This document shows, in pieces, positions 24,113-31,834 of a stretch of DNA of 40,956 nt; position 1 is the first letter of the stretch, and each line of letters opens with the position of its first letter. Position numbers and translations under genes: made by a program. The DNA lies in IMG/VR virus record IMGVR_UViG_3300045988_162559; one strand, 5' to 3'. The notes under the pieces are model-generated. The model made no database searches, had not been told where the DNA came from, and worked only from the letters and a program-made list of their open reading frames with translations. This DNA comes from a virus.

Positions 24113-24694
24113 ATGTATGAAGCTGTAAAAGAAATTACAAATGATTTAATTAAAAAGAAATACATAAAAAGTGAAAAAGATATAGCTTTACATGTAGATT
24201 CAAAACTAGATCAGTATTGTTTTAGATTCAGCAATCCAATACAAAGAGAAAACTTAAAACAAAGCATAATAGAAAATGCATTGAAAGGTCGTTTGGAAGT
24301 GAAAAAGCCTAAGATTGTTAGAAATAGAAAAAAATCACGACGAGAAGGAAGAAGTTTTATAGTAGTTGATTTTTGTAAAAAAGGTAAAATTCATTATTAC
24401 AATTCTTTAGCAGAAGGGTGTAGAGAATTAAAATTGGACCCAAGTAGAGTAGGAGATTTTCTAAGAGGAGAGAATTACTACTATTTACCTAGAAAAAGAA
24501 AATGGATTATCAATACAGATATGGAGGAAAATGAAGTGATAATAGAACACTTAGAGGAAATAGTGGAAAATGCAAGAGAGTTATATGAAGTAGAAAATAA
24601 ATGTGAATATACAGGCAAGATGAATATGAGAGAAGCTATTGATATGGCAATAAAAATAACAGAAGAAAGAATAAAAAATGAATATAGATTTTAA
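24113..24694 (+). CDS. Hypothetical protein with a possible NUMOD1/IENR1-like HTH segment
   Basis: FIVVDFCKKGKIHYYNSLAEGCRELKLDPSRVGDFLRG resembles homing-endonuclease DNA-binding modules. No catalytic motif is visible. Confidence 0.35.
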   Translation: MYEAVKEITNDLIKKKYIKSEKDIALHVDSKLDQYCFRFSNPIQRENLKQSIIENALKGRLEVKKPKIVRNRKKSRREGRSFIVVDFCKKGKIHYYNSLAEGCRELKLDPSRVGDFLRGENYYYLPRKRKWIINTDMEENEVIIEHLEEIVENARELYEVENKCEYTGKMNMREAIDMAIKITEERIKNEYRF

Positions 24695-24705
24695 GGAGAA
24701 TTAAG

Positions 24706-25137
24706 ATGATTAAATACATATGTGATAAATGTGGGAAAGAAGTAAAAAGAATAGAACTTAGACAAATAGAAGTTTTAGATGCTGATGGAAATATAAAAAA
24801 AGCAGGTATACATTGGTGTGAAGATTGTGTATCTAAAATAAATGAAATGAATAGGGTTTCTTTTCCTATTTTAGATACATCAGGAATAGCATTTGAAGTA
24901 GAACTAGATAAATTAAAAGAAGAAACAGAAGAACTATTAGGCGCTGCAATTAAATATAAAACAAATGAAATTGTAACAATAGACAATGTAATAGAAGAAA
25001 GTTACGATGTGATACAAGTAGTTGTAAATATTATTGATAGATTAGGGCTTATGGATTATATGCAAGAAGGCTTAGAAAAGCATATTGAAAAACTAAAAGG
25101 TAGAGGATGGGAGTTTAAAGAGGTGAGTAAAAAATGA
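24706..25137 (+). CDS. Zn-ribbon plus MazG-like nucleotide pyrophosphohydrolase domain protein
   Basis: CDKCGKE...WCEDC, then LKEETEELLGA...IEESYDVIQVVVNIIDRLG (EExxE...ExxD pattern). Confidence 0.45.
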   Translation: MIKYICDKCGKEVKRIELRQIEVLDADGNIKKAGIHWCEDCVSKINEMNRVSFPILDTSGIAFEVELDKLKEETEELLGAAIKYKTNEIVTIDNVIEESYDVIQVVVNIIDRLGLMDYMQEGLEKHIEKLKGRGWEFKEVSKK

Positions 25138-25298
25138 AATTAATTTTATTTTTAGGAATTTCACTAATATTTAGTGCTGGTTTTGTAGCAGGAGCAACAT
25201 GGAATTACATACATACTGTTAATAGACAAGTAGAACGTATAGACAGATATTTAGAAGAAGAAACAAGAAAATTTAAAGAAAAAGAGGGGAATAGATAA
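25134..25298 (+). CDS. Small membrane protein (54 aa)
   Basis: ATGA overlap with the upstream stop and TAATG overlap with ssb. N-terminal TM segment MKLILFLGISLIFSAGFVAGA. Confidence 0.5.
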   Translation: MKLILFLGISLIFSAGFVAGATWNYIHTVNRQVERIDRYLEEETRKFKEKEGNR

Positions 25299-25720
25299 TG
25301 AATAGTGTAGTATTGGTGGGTAGATTAACAAAGGACCCAGAACTAAGATATATACCAGGAACAGGAACTGCAGTTGCAACATTTACAATGGCAATAAATA
25401 GAGATTACAAGAAAAAAGATGGAAAAGTAGAAACAGACTTCATACCTGTACAAGTTATAGGAAAAGCAGCTGAATTTTGTGCAAATTATATAACAAAAGG
25501 TAGATTAGTAGCAATTCAAGGAAGCATAAGAGTAGATAGATATGAAACACAAACAGGAGAAAATAGAACATTTACAAAGGTAAGTGCAAGAAATATAAAA
25601 CCTTTGGACTATGTGAAGAAAGACAATAGCAATTCAGATACAAATCCAAGTTTTGAACCTGCAGAAGGATTAGATCCAAACGGATTTACAGCCATAGATG
25701 ATGAAGAGATACCCTTTTAA
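25298..25720 (+). CDS. ssb: Single-stranded DNA-binding protein
   Basis: VVLVGRLTKDPELRY...FIPVQVIGKAAE...GRLVAIQGSIRVDRYE OB fold and an acidic tail DDEEIPF. Confidence 0.95.
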   Translation: MNSVVLVGRLTKDPELRYIPGTGTAVATFTMAINRDYKKKDGKVETDFIPVQVIGKAAEFCANYITKGRLVAIQGSIRVDRYETQTGENRTFTKVSARNIKPLDYVKKDNSNSDTNPSFEPAEGLDPNGFTAIDDEEIPF

Positions 25721-26006
25721 TTTTGACAGTACCGAGATAATGACATTTAGAGATAAACAAAATAATATAAGGCATTTAATAGGTAAAGAAGAAGATTATA
25801 GTAGTAAAAAACAATTCTATAATTACTTAGTAGGAAACAATATTCAATGTAATTTTGAACAAATAGAGGAAAAATATATAAGATATTATCCTATATTACC
25901 AAAGAAAGCAGAAGAAGCTTATAAAATAGCAGAGGGTGAAGGATACACCTTCTGCAAACCTACTAGAGGAGCATTTTTAGTATATGTACTGAAATTAGAT
26001 AAATAA
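25698..26006 (+). CDS. Hypothetical protein (start uncertain; may begin at an internal ATG near 25741)
   Basis: ORF only. It overlaps the ssb 3' end. Confidence 0.4.
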   Translation: MMKRYPFNFDSTEIMTFRDKQNNIRHLIGKEEDYSSKKQFYNYLVGNNIQCNFEQIEEKYIRYYPILPKKAEEAYKIAEGEGYTFCKPTRGAFLVYVLKLDK

Positions 26007-26024
26007 AGGGGTGAATTAAACAAG

Positions 26025-26573
26025 ATGAATATAGCAGAGAGAAATGAATTAATAGAAGATAATTTAAATCTAGTCTATTTTATGATCGAAAAACACTTTG
26101 CAACTTATGTAGATAGAGATGAGTTGATAGGTATAGGATATGAAGGAATTATAAAAGCTGCAGATAAGTTTGATAAAAGTAAAAATATAAAGTTTTGTAC
26201 TTTTGCTTGTAAATGTATTCACAATGAGATTACTAAATATTTAAATACATTAAATTACCATTGTAGAAAAGCAAATATGGTAGCTTGTTCAATTGATAAT
26301 AAAATAGAAGATTGCATAGGAGAAGATTTAACTTTTAAAGAAGTTCTTAATATTAATGAAGACTATTCTATAGTTGTTGCAGAAGAAATATTAAATAGAG
26401 CTAATTCTTTAGTTGCAAATGGTAGATTTATTTTAGAAAAAAGAATTGCTGGATATACATTTAGAGAGATAGGCCAAATGTTGAATATAACAGGCCAAGC
26501 TGTGATGAAAAGGTTATCTATAATAAGACAGTATTTAAATTTAAAAGAGGCGGACAATGAAAACATTAACTAA
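26025..26573 (+). CDS. Sigma-70 family RNA polymerase sigma factor (regions 2 and 4), copy 1
   Basis: NLNLVYFMIEKHF...GYEGIIKAADKFDKSKNIKFCTFACKCIHNEI fits region 2. GYTFREIGQMLNITGQAVMKRL fits the region 4 HTH. Confidence 0.75.
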   Translation: MNIAERNELIEDNLNLVYFMIEKHFATYVDRDELIGIGYEGIIKAADKFDKSKNIKFCTFACKCIHNEITKYLNTLNYHCRKANMVACSIDNKIEDCIGEDLTFKEVLNINEDYSIVVAEEILNRANSLVANGRFILEKRIAGYTFREIGQMLNITGQAVMKRLSIIRQYLNLKEADNENIN

Positions 26574-26643
26574 ATTTGAAAAAGAAGAAATAAAAACAAT
26601 CAAGTATGAGCAACTAAGTTTTATATAGGAGGATATAAAGAAA

Positions 26644-27183
26644 TTGAATACAGAAGAAAAAAACAAATTAGCAGAAGAAAATTTAGGATTAGTTTATTTA
26701 GTTGTAAACAAAGAATTTACTTATGAAAAAACTACAGAAAGCGATAGAGAAAACTACATAGAAGAAGGTATGATTGGATTAGCAAAAGCTATTAATACAT
26801 TTAATCCAAGTAAAGGTGCTAAATTTAGTACATATGCTTATACATGCATAAAATTTGAAATAAATAACTATGTAAGAAAGAAAAACAATCATAAAAGAAA
26901 AATAAACTATGTTTGTAAAAATTCAATAGATGAATATATAAAAACTCACAAAGATATTTTAATGGATACGAAAGATGCTTATTCTTCTTTAGTAAATAGA
27001 GATGAAATATTAAATATACTTGGAAAGATGAAGATAAAAAATATAAAGTATATCACTTTAAAACGTGCAGAAGGTTATACGTATGAAAAAATAGGTAATA
27101 AAATTGGAGTTAGTAAAGAAACAATACGAGCAAGATTGAATAAAGCTAAAAAAGAATTAATCGAATTAGGAATAACTGCATAA
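26644..27183 (+). CDS. Sigma-70 family RNA polymerase sigma factor, copy 2 (paralogue of 26025..26573)
   Basis: NLGLVYLVVNKEF...GMIGLAKAINTFNPSKGAKFSTYAYTCIKFEI and GYTYEKIGNKIGVSKETIRARL. TTG start. Confidence 0.75.
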   Translation: MNTEEKNKLAEENLGLVYLVVNKEFTYEKTTESDRENYIEEGMIGLAKAINTFNPSKGAKFSTYAYTCIKFEINNYVRKKNNHKRKINYVCKNSIDEYIKTHKDILMDTKDAYSSLVNRDEILNILGKMKIKNIKYITLKRAEGYTYEKIGNKIGVSKETIRARLNKAKKELIELGITA

Positions 27184-27194
27184 GGGAGGATAGT

Positions 27195-27422
27195 ATGGAA
27201 GAAAAATACATATACAAGTGTGAATATTGCGGGAAAGTTTACGACTGCAGAAAGCAAAAACATTATACGATTGACATTCCTGGAGAAAAGTTTTTAAAAC
27301 AAACTTGCAGTTTGAAATGTGCAGAAAAGTATAAAGACAGATTAATAGAAGATGCTGAAAAAAGATGCTTAAATCTAAGACAAAATACTAAAATTGTTGA
27401 ATATTGCAAGGAGGGAATATGA
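27195..27422 (+). CDS. Small Cys-rich (zinc-ribbon-like) protein
   Basis: YKCEYCGK...CSLKC. RBS GGGAGGA. Confidence 0.5.
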   Translation: MEEKYIYKCEYCGKVYDCRKQKHYTIDIPGEKFLKQTCSLKCAEKYKDRLIEDAEKRCLNLRQNTKIVEYCKEGI

Positions 27423-27486
27423 TAAAAGCACAAAGAGAAATGCCAACAGTTAGTGACCAGTTATGTTTATTTTAGGGGGTGATAGA

Positions 27487-27630
27487 TTGATATTAAGTAG
27501 AGTAAATGAAATAGTACATATAGCTAAAATTTATATGATTGTATATAAGTTAGAGCCAATGCAAGCAATAGAATGTGCAATACAGGATATAGAAAGATAT
27601 TTGAAGGAGGAAGATTATGAGAGAGATTAA
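27487..27630 (+). CDS. Hypothetical 47-aa protein (TTG start)
   Basis: RBS AGGGGGTGA lies before the TTG. It overlaps the YopX start by 14 nt. Confidence 0.3.
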   Translation: MILSRVNEIVHIAKIYMIVYKLEPMQAIECAIQDIERYLKEEDYERD

Positions 27631-28021
27631 GTTTAGAGGTCATAATGGAATTGAATGGTTATACGATTCACAAATTTCTATAATGCCATATGGCAAAAAC
27701 GTACATTGTTTTATGCCGAATGAAAAAAATAAATCAGACCAAAATGATGTATGTAATTGGGATAGTGTTAGTTATGTAGGACAGTATACGGAAATAAAAG
27801 ATATAAACGGCACAGAAATTTATGAAGGGGATATAGTAGAAGTAGAAATTATGGAATCAATATTTGACGACTCAAAACTTATAGGAGTTGTAGAAATGAT
27901 AGAGGGTTGCTGGTGTGTTGTTAATGATAAAAAGAAGGTAGCTAAAAATCTATGGAGTGAAACAGATGTTAATCGTGTAATAGGCAATATATACGAAAAT
28001 AAAGAATTACTGGAGGGATAA
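27617..28021 (+). CDS. YopX family protein
   Basis: MREIKFRG...VGQYTEIKDINGTEIYEGDIVE...VIGNIYENKELL is the typical YopX pattern. Confidence 0.8.
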   Translation: MREIKFRGHNGIEWLYDSQISIMPYGKNVHCFMPNEKNKSDQNDVCNWDSVSYVGQYTEIKDINGTEIYEGDIVEVEIMESIFDDSKLIGVVEMIEGCWCVVNDKKKVAKNLWSETDVNRVIGNIYENKELLEG

Positions 28022-28023
28022 TA

Positions 28024-28200
28024 ATGGAAGATAGAAAAGAGTTAATAAAAGCACTTAAATTAATTAAGGAAACTTGTAAATCTGTATCAAGTAAGGAATG
28101 CGATAATATGCGAGAATTTGGGAATTGCCCTATATGTGAAATATTAGGAGATTGCACTCAAAAGGAAGTTCCAGAAGATTGGATTATATCAGAAAAGTAG
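28024..28200 (+). CDS. Hypothetical 58-aa Cys-containing protein
   Basis: The ATG lies 2 nt after the YopX stop. CxxxxxxxC...CPIC...C pattern. Confidence 0.4.
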   Translation: MEDRKELIKALKLIKETCKSVSSKECDNMREFGNCPICEILGDCTQKEVPEDWIISEK

Positions 28201-28219
28201 ATATTAGGGGGGAATAAAA

Positions 28220-28681
28220 GTGGAGGATAAAAAGAAAGGCAAAGGCGATAAACAGTTTAAAAAAGCTGAACGAAAATTATATGATTATAAAGGATTAAAA
28301 GCAGATGTTGAGTGCCTGGAATATGAATTACTAATCCTAAAAGATGAATACAATGGCTGTAAAGCTATTACATATACATCAGAAACAACAGGTGTGACAA
28401 ATAACATAACAGACACAGTATATGAAGAGTTAATAAGAAAAGAAAAAGATATACTGGATAAAACAAAAAAGATTAATAAAAAGAAAATACAAATAAAAAA
28501 AGTTGAAGCTGCAATCAGTCTATTAGATGAGACAGAAAAGAAAATTGTAGAAGCTAGATATTTTAGCAATGATAGAAGAAAAAACAATTGGAATCATATA
28601 GCTAAATTAACTGGTTACTGCGATAGACAGTGTGTAAACATAAGAGATAATTTAATAGAAAAAATAAAGAACAGATTATAG
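28220..28681 (+). CDS. RinA/ArpU-like late gene transcriptional activator (sigma region-4-like)
   Basis: AERKLYDYKGLKADVECLEYEL...LDETEKKIVEARYF...WNHIAKLTGYCDRQCVNIRDNLIEKI. It is the last regulatory gene before the packaging and late genes. Confidence 0.65.
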   Translation: MEDKKKGKGDKQFKKAERKLYDYKGLKADVECLEYELLILKDEYNGCKAITYTSETTGVTNNITDTVYEELIRKEKDILDKTKKINKKKIQIKKVEAAISLLDETEKKIVEARYFSNDRRKNNWNHIAKLTGYCDRQCVNIRDNLIEKIKNRL

Positions 28682-28694
28682 GTGCATGAAAAAA

Positions 28695-28755
28695 TTCAGA
28701 AGGATTTCAGAATTATTTCAGAAATTTTTCAGAAAACATATGTTACACTTATATT
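28695..28755 (+). promoter_or_regulatory. Four TTCAGAA boxes at an exact 11-bp spacing (28695, 28706, 28717, 28728) plus a -10-like TATATT (28750..28755): candidate late promoter/activator site
   Basis: Read directly. The last box sits where a -35 element would be, 16 nt from TATATT. Confidence 0.5.
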
Positions 28756-28804
28756 GTAGATAAATATTTGAAAACCCCAGACTCATGAATGATGTTTTAA
28801 AAAG

Positions 28805-28839
28805 ACTGATGTATATAAACTTTATGCATCAGTTTTTTT
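28805..28839 (+). terminator. Intrinsic terminator inside the late leader
   Basis: 9-bp stem actgatgta / tgcatcagt (one G-U pair) followed by a T7 run. It lies between the candidate late promoter and the first late ORF. Confidence 0.65.
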
Positions 28840-28861
28840 ATGTTTAAAGGAGTTGAAACAA

Positions 28862-29239
28862 ATGGGTAGATATATAGATATAAATAAAGTATTAGAAGCA
28901 ACTATTGAAGTACCTCAGAAGTATTGGGATATGGAAGAACTCATGAGAGAGAAACCTAATTTCGATAAGTCTGTAGGATCTAAGAAAATATATGAAAGAA
29001 AAGAATATGCTATATACAGAGTAAAGAGAGGATATATAGTACATAATACCAAGAAACATTTTGAGGAAGGACATACACATATACATAACTATAATAAAGC
29101 TAAGAGCATAATAGATTTAGCTGTAAGAAAAAAGATGCCTAATACACCAAGGAAATGGGAGATAGAATGCTTATTAAGAATAGTTAAAGATGAAAAATAT
29201 AAAAAAAAATTAAGAAGCTTATTATTAGAATTAAAATAA
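28862..29239 (+). CDS. Hypothetical protein (125 aa, basic)
   Basis: The ATG lies 9 nt after AAAGGAG. The track start at 28853 abuts the RBS, so it is unlikely. Confidence 0.5.
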   Translation: MGRYIDINKVLEATIEVPQKYWDMEELMREKPNFDKSVGSKKIYERKEYAIYRVKRGYIVHNTKKHFEEGHTHIHNYNKAKSIIDLAVRKKMPNTPRKWEIECLLRIVKDEKYKKKLRSLLLELK

Positions 29240-29304
29240 ATGTTGCGAATATTAATATAAGCAGATACTCTTTAATTAAGATTAATAACTAAAGGAGTGA
29301 GTTT

Positions 29305-29820
29305 ATGGGAAATATAAAAAGATTATTAGTAGTATTATTAGTATGTATGATATCTATTGGATGTGTTGCTTGTAGTGGAACAACATCAGAAGACAGCAAG
29401 GTTAACCTAGAAGATATGACAGGTTCAGAGAAAGTTGATTACTTTATAACAAAAGGAAAAAATGATTATGAAGCTGTAAAGAATGATGATGATAAGTTGA
29501 CTGACTTAGGGGTACAATATATAAAAGATATTGGTGAATATGTAGATAACAAGAGCCAGTTTGATAGTGATGACAACATGGAAGATATAATGACAAAAGG
29601 TAGCTTTCTAGAACAGTATGGAAAAGATAAAATGGAAATGTTTAAAACATCAGGACAAGAAGATAGTAACGGATATAAAACGGCTAAAGAAGTTAACTCT
29701 TTAGGAATGAATGCAGTACAAATGGTTAAGTATGTTTATAGAGAAGCTGAAATAAAAGAAGATGACTCTACAAAAGCAAATATAAAACAAGTAAAAGAGA
29801 GTCTAGAACAATTACAATAA
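29305..29820 (+). CDS. Secreted lipoprotein (171 aa)
   Basis: Signal peptide MGNIKRLLVVLLVCMISIGCVACSG with a lipobox-like Cys. The mature part is acidic. Hairpin at 29833..29864 downstream. Confidence 0.7.
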   Translation: MGNIKRLLVVLLVCMISIGCVACSGTTSEDSKVNLEDMTGSEKVDYFITKGKNDYEAVKNDDDKLTDLGVQYIKDIGEYVDNKSQFDSDDNMEDIMTKGSFLEQYGKDKMEMFKTSGQEDSNGYKTAKEVNSLGMNAVQMVKYVYREAEIKEDDSTKANIKQVKESLEQLQ

Positions 29821-29884
29821 TATATGATATATAAAGGATCTTATTATAATTAATGAGGTCCTTTATTATTTAGAAGGAAAGATA

Positions 29885-30337
29885 ATGAATAAGAAATTGG
29901 AAAATAAGATTAATAAAGAACTTATAATACCTAAAATAGAGTTTCAAAAACAAAATAAGGAGATAACTAAGTGGATAGAAAAGTTAGTTCAAGAAAACAA
30001 GATTATATTATTCTATCACAGTGCCAAATGGAAAAAAATGAGGAATGTGGTACTTCATGCTTATCATAACGAATGTGTATTATGTAAGTTAGATGGGAAA
30101 ATAACAACACATGATAATAGATTAAAGAATGGAGATTACAGAGGATTGCAAATACATCATATGAAGGAAATAGAATTAAATCCAGAGCATGGGCTTGAAC
30201 CAATCATTACAGATTTAATTACAGGGAAGAAGATAGTTAATCTAATTCCCTTATGTAATTATCATCATAATATGATACACGGAAAAGAAAATAATATATT
30301 GAAAGTAAAAGAACAGTTAAATAAAGAACGATGGTAA
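29885..30337 (+). CDS. HNH endonuclease (packaging-associated type)
   Basis: LQIHHMKEI...LIPLCNYHHNMIHG. It lies upstream of a P27-family terS. Confidence 0.8.
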   Translation: MNKKLENKINKELIIPKIEFQKQNKEITKWIEKLVQENKIILFYHSAKWKKMRNVVLHAYHNECVLCKLDGKITTHDNRLKNGDYRGLQIHHMKEIELNPEHGLEPIITDLITGKKIVNLIPLCNYHHNMIHGKENNILKVKEQLNKERW

Positions 30338-30371
30338 AATAAATTAGTTTATGAGACATGGGGGAATTAAC

Positions 30372-31295
30372 ATGAATAAATTAGAAAGGGACTTTATAGA
30401 AAAGTTTGATTCTATTCATGGAGATAAATGGGAATATGTAAGTGGATACATAAATAATAAGAGTAATATATTGATTAAGTGTAAAGACTGTAGAGAAATA
30501 AGAAGCGTTTCTGCGGATAGAAGCAAAAGAAAAGATGCTAATATACTTTGTAAAAAATGCAATGAAAATAATTTTAAAAAGTCATTTGATAACAAATACA
30601 TAAATGTATATGAATATATAAGAAGAGAGCACAAAGTAAATGATTTTAATAAGGATACACATATTGTTAAATGTTTAAAATGTGGAAAAATTAATAAATG
30701 GAAAGGTTCTACATTATATAATGAAAAGTTTAGTTGTAATCATTTAACAGAAAAACAAATACAACAAAGAAGATTAGAGAATGAAATAAATAACACTATA
30801 CTTGAATTAAGAAAAGAAATAAAAGATATAGAGAATAGGAATGATTTATTTAAAAAAGAATTAAATAAAATAAAAGAATGTGTATATTGTGGAATCGTAT
30901 TCTATGCTAAAGATTATAATTGGTATTGCAGTGATATATGTAAAGCTATTATGAAGAAAGAAAAACAAAAGATACATAAAAGACTAAGAGAAGCTAAAGC
31001 TAAAGAAAATGGGAAGATAGAGTGGAACATATCATTAGAAAAGTTAACACAAAGGGATAAAGGAGTATGTAAGATATGCGGAAGAGAAGTAGATATCAAT
31101 GACTATTATTATAGTGATGAAGGGTATTTTATAGCTGGTAATAATTATCCAAGTATTGATCATATAATTCCATTAGCTAAAGGTGGAACTCATACATGGA
31201 ATAATGTTCAGTTAGCTCACAGATATTGTAATAGCATTAAGAGCGACAATATAATAGAACAAGAAGAAAAACAAAAGCTGGTTTTAGAATTTTAA
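30372..31295 (+). CDS. HNH endonuclease with an N-terminal multi-Cys (zinc-ribbon) region
   Basis: The C-terminus SIDHIIPLAKGGTHTWNNVQLAHRYCNSIKSD is an HNH motif. Several CxxC pairs lie N-terminally. The start at MNKLERD follows GGGGGA. Confidence 0.8.
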   Translation: MNKLERDFIEKFDSIHGDKWEYVSGYINNKSNILIKCKDCREIRSVSADRSKRKDANILCKKCNENNFKKSFDNKYINVYEYIRREHKVNDFNKDTHIVKCLKCGKINKWKGSTLYNEKFSCNHLTEKQIQQRRLENEINNTILELRKEIKDIENRNDLFKKELNKIKECVYCGIVFYAKDYNWYCSDICKAIMKKEKQKIHKRLREAKAKENGKIEWNISLEKLTQRDKGVCKICGREVDINDYYYSDEGYFIAGNNYPSIDHIIPLAKGGTHTWNNVQLAHRYCNSIKSDNIIEQEEKQKLVLEF

Positions 31296-31332
31296 TACTT
31301 CTATGCAAAATTGATTGTATGGAAGTATTTTT
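31295..31332 (+). terminator. Terminator after the second HNH gene
   Basis: atacttctat...atggaagtat stem followed by tttttatttt. Confidence 0.6.
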
Positions 31333-31359
31333 ATTTTAAATTATTTAAATCTAATAAAA

Positions 31360-31470
31360 TACCCCCCTAGGGATATATAGGGGGTAAAATTTTTGGGGGA
31401 CTAATCAAGGCGAGGGGGAGTAGACAAACGGAAATTTCTACTTCTCACATGAGGGGGGTATTAAAATATG
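31360..31470. other. Candidate cos/packaging recognition region (G-tract cluster plus dyads)
   Basis: cccccta-N8-taggggg dyad (31363..31384), further GGGGG tracts and an agtaga/tctact dyad, in an otherwise AT-rich genome. It lies between the HNH genes and terS. Confidence 0.4.
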
Positions 31471-31486
31471 AAGGAGGTGAACATAT

Positions 31487-31834
31487 ATGGCAAGAGAAAG
31501 AAAAGCGGTAAAAGAATTAAGAGAAAGTGAAAAATATGAAAAAATTAGAGAAGATTTACTGGACCAATTAGAAAGAAATTTTACCTATGGACAACAATTT
31601 AAAGATTTAGTAGAAGATTATATGTCCCTCTGGATTGTAAAAAATCTGCTAATAGATGACATTAAAGCAAGAGGGGTTAGCATTAAATGGAATAATGGCG
31701 GTGGGCAAAGTGGATACAAGAAAAATGATAGCATAGCTGAACTTAATAAAACTAATGCGCAAATGTTAAAACTTTTAAATGAATTAGGAATTAAAGCTAC
31801 TGTAGCAGATGGTGGTGATGATGATGAATTATAA
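31487..31834 (+). CDS. terS: Terminase small subunit (P27 family)
   Basis: 115 aa. ...YMSLWIVKNLLIDDIKARGVSIKW...NDSIAELNKTNAQMLKLLNELG. It lies directly upstream of terL. Confidence 0.8.
   Translation: MARERKAVKELRESEKYEKIREDLLDQLERNFTYGQQFKDLVEDYMSLWIVKNLLIDDIKARGVSIKWNNGGGQSGYKKNDSIAELNKTNAQMLKLLNELGIKATVADGGDDDEL

Noticed and set aside
26557-26625. 22-aa ORF (MKTLTKFEKEEIKTIKYEQLSFI) overlapping the end of the first sigma factor gene
   Set aside because: It is too short and has only a moderate RBS. Nothing distinguishes it from chance in an AT-rich spacer.
31809-31823. Upstream start (MVVMMM...) for the terS-terL GIY-YIG gene
   Set aside because: The run of in-frame ATG/GTG codons is the Asp/Gly-rich terS tail read in another frame. 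The conserved GIY-YIG N-terminus begins at MNYKVY (31824).
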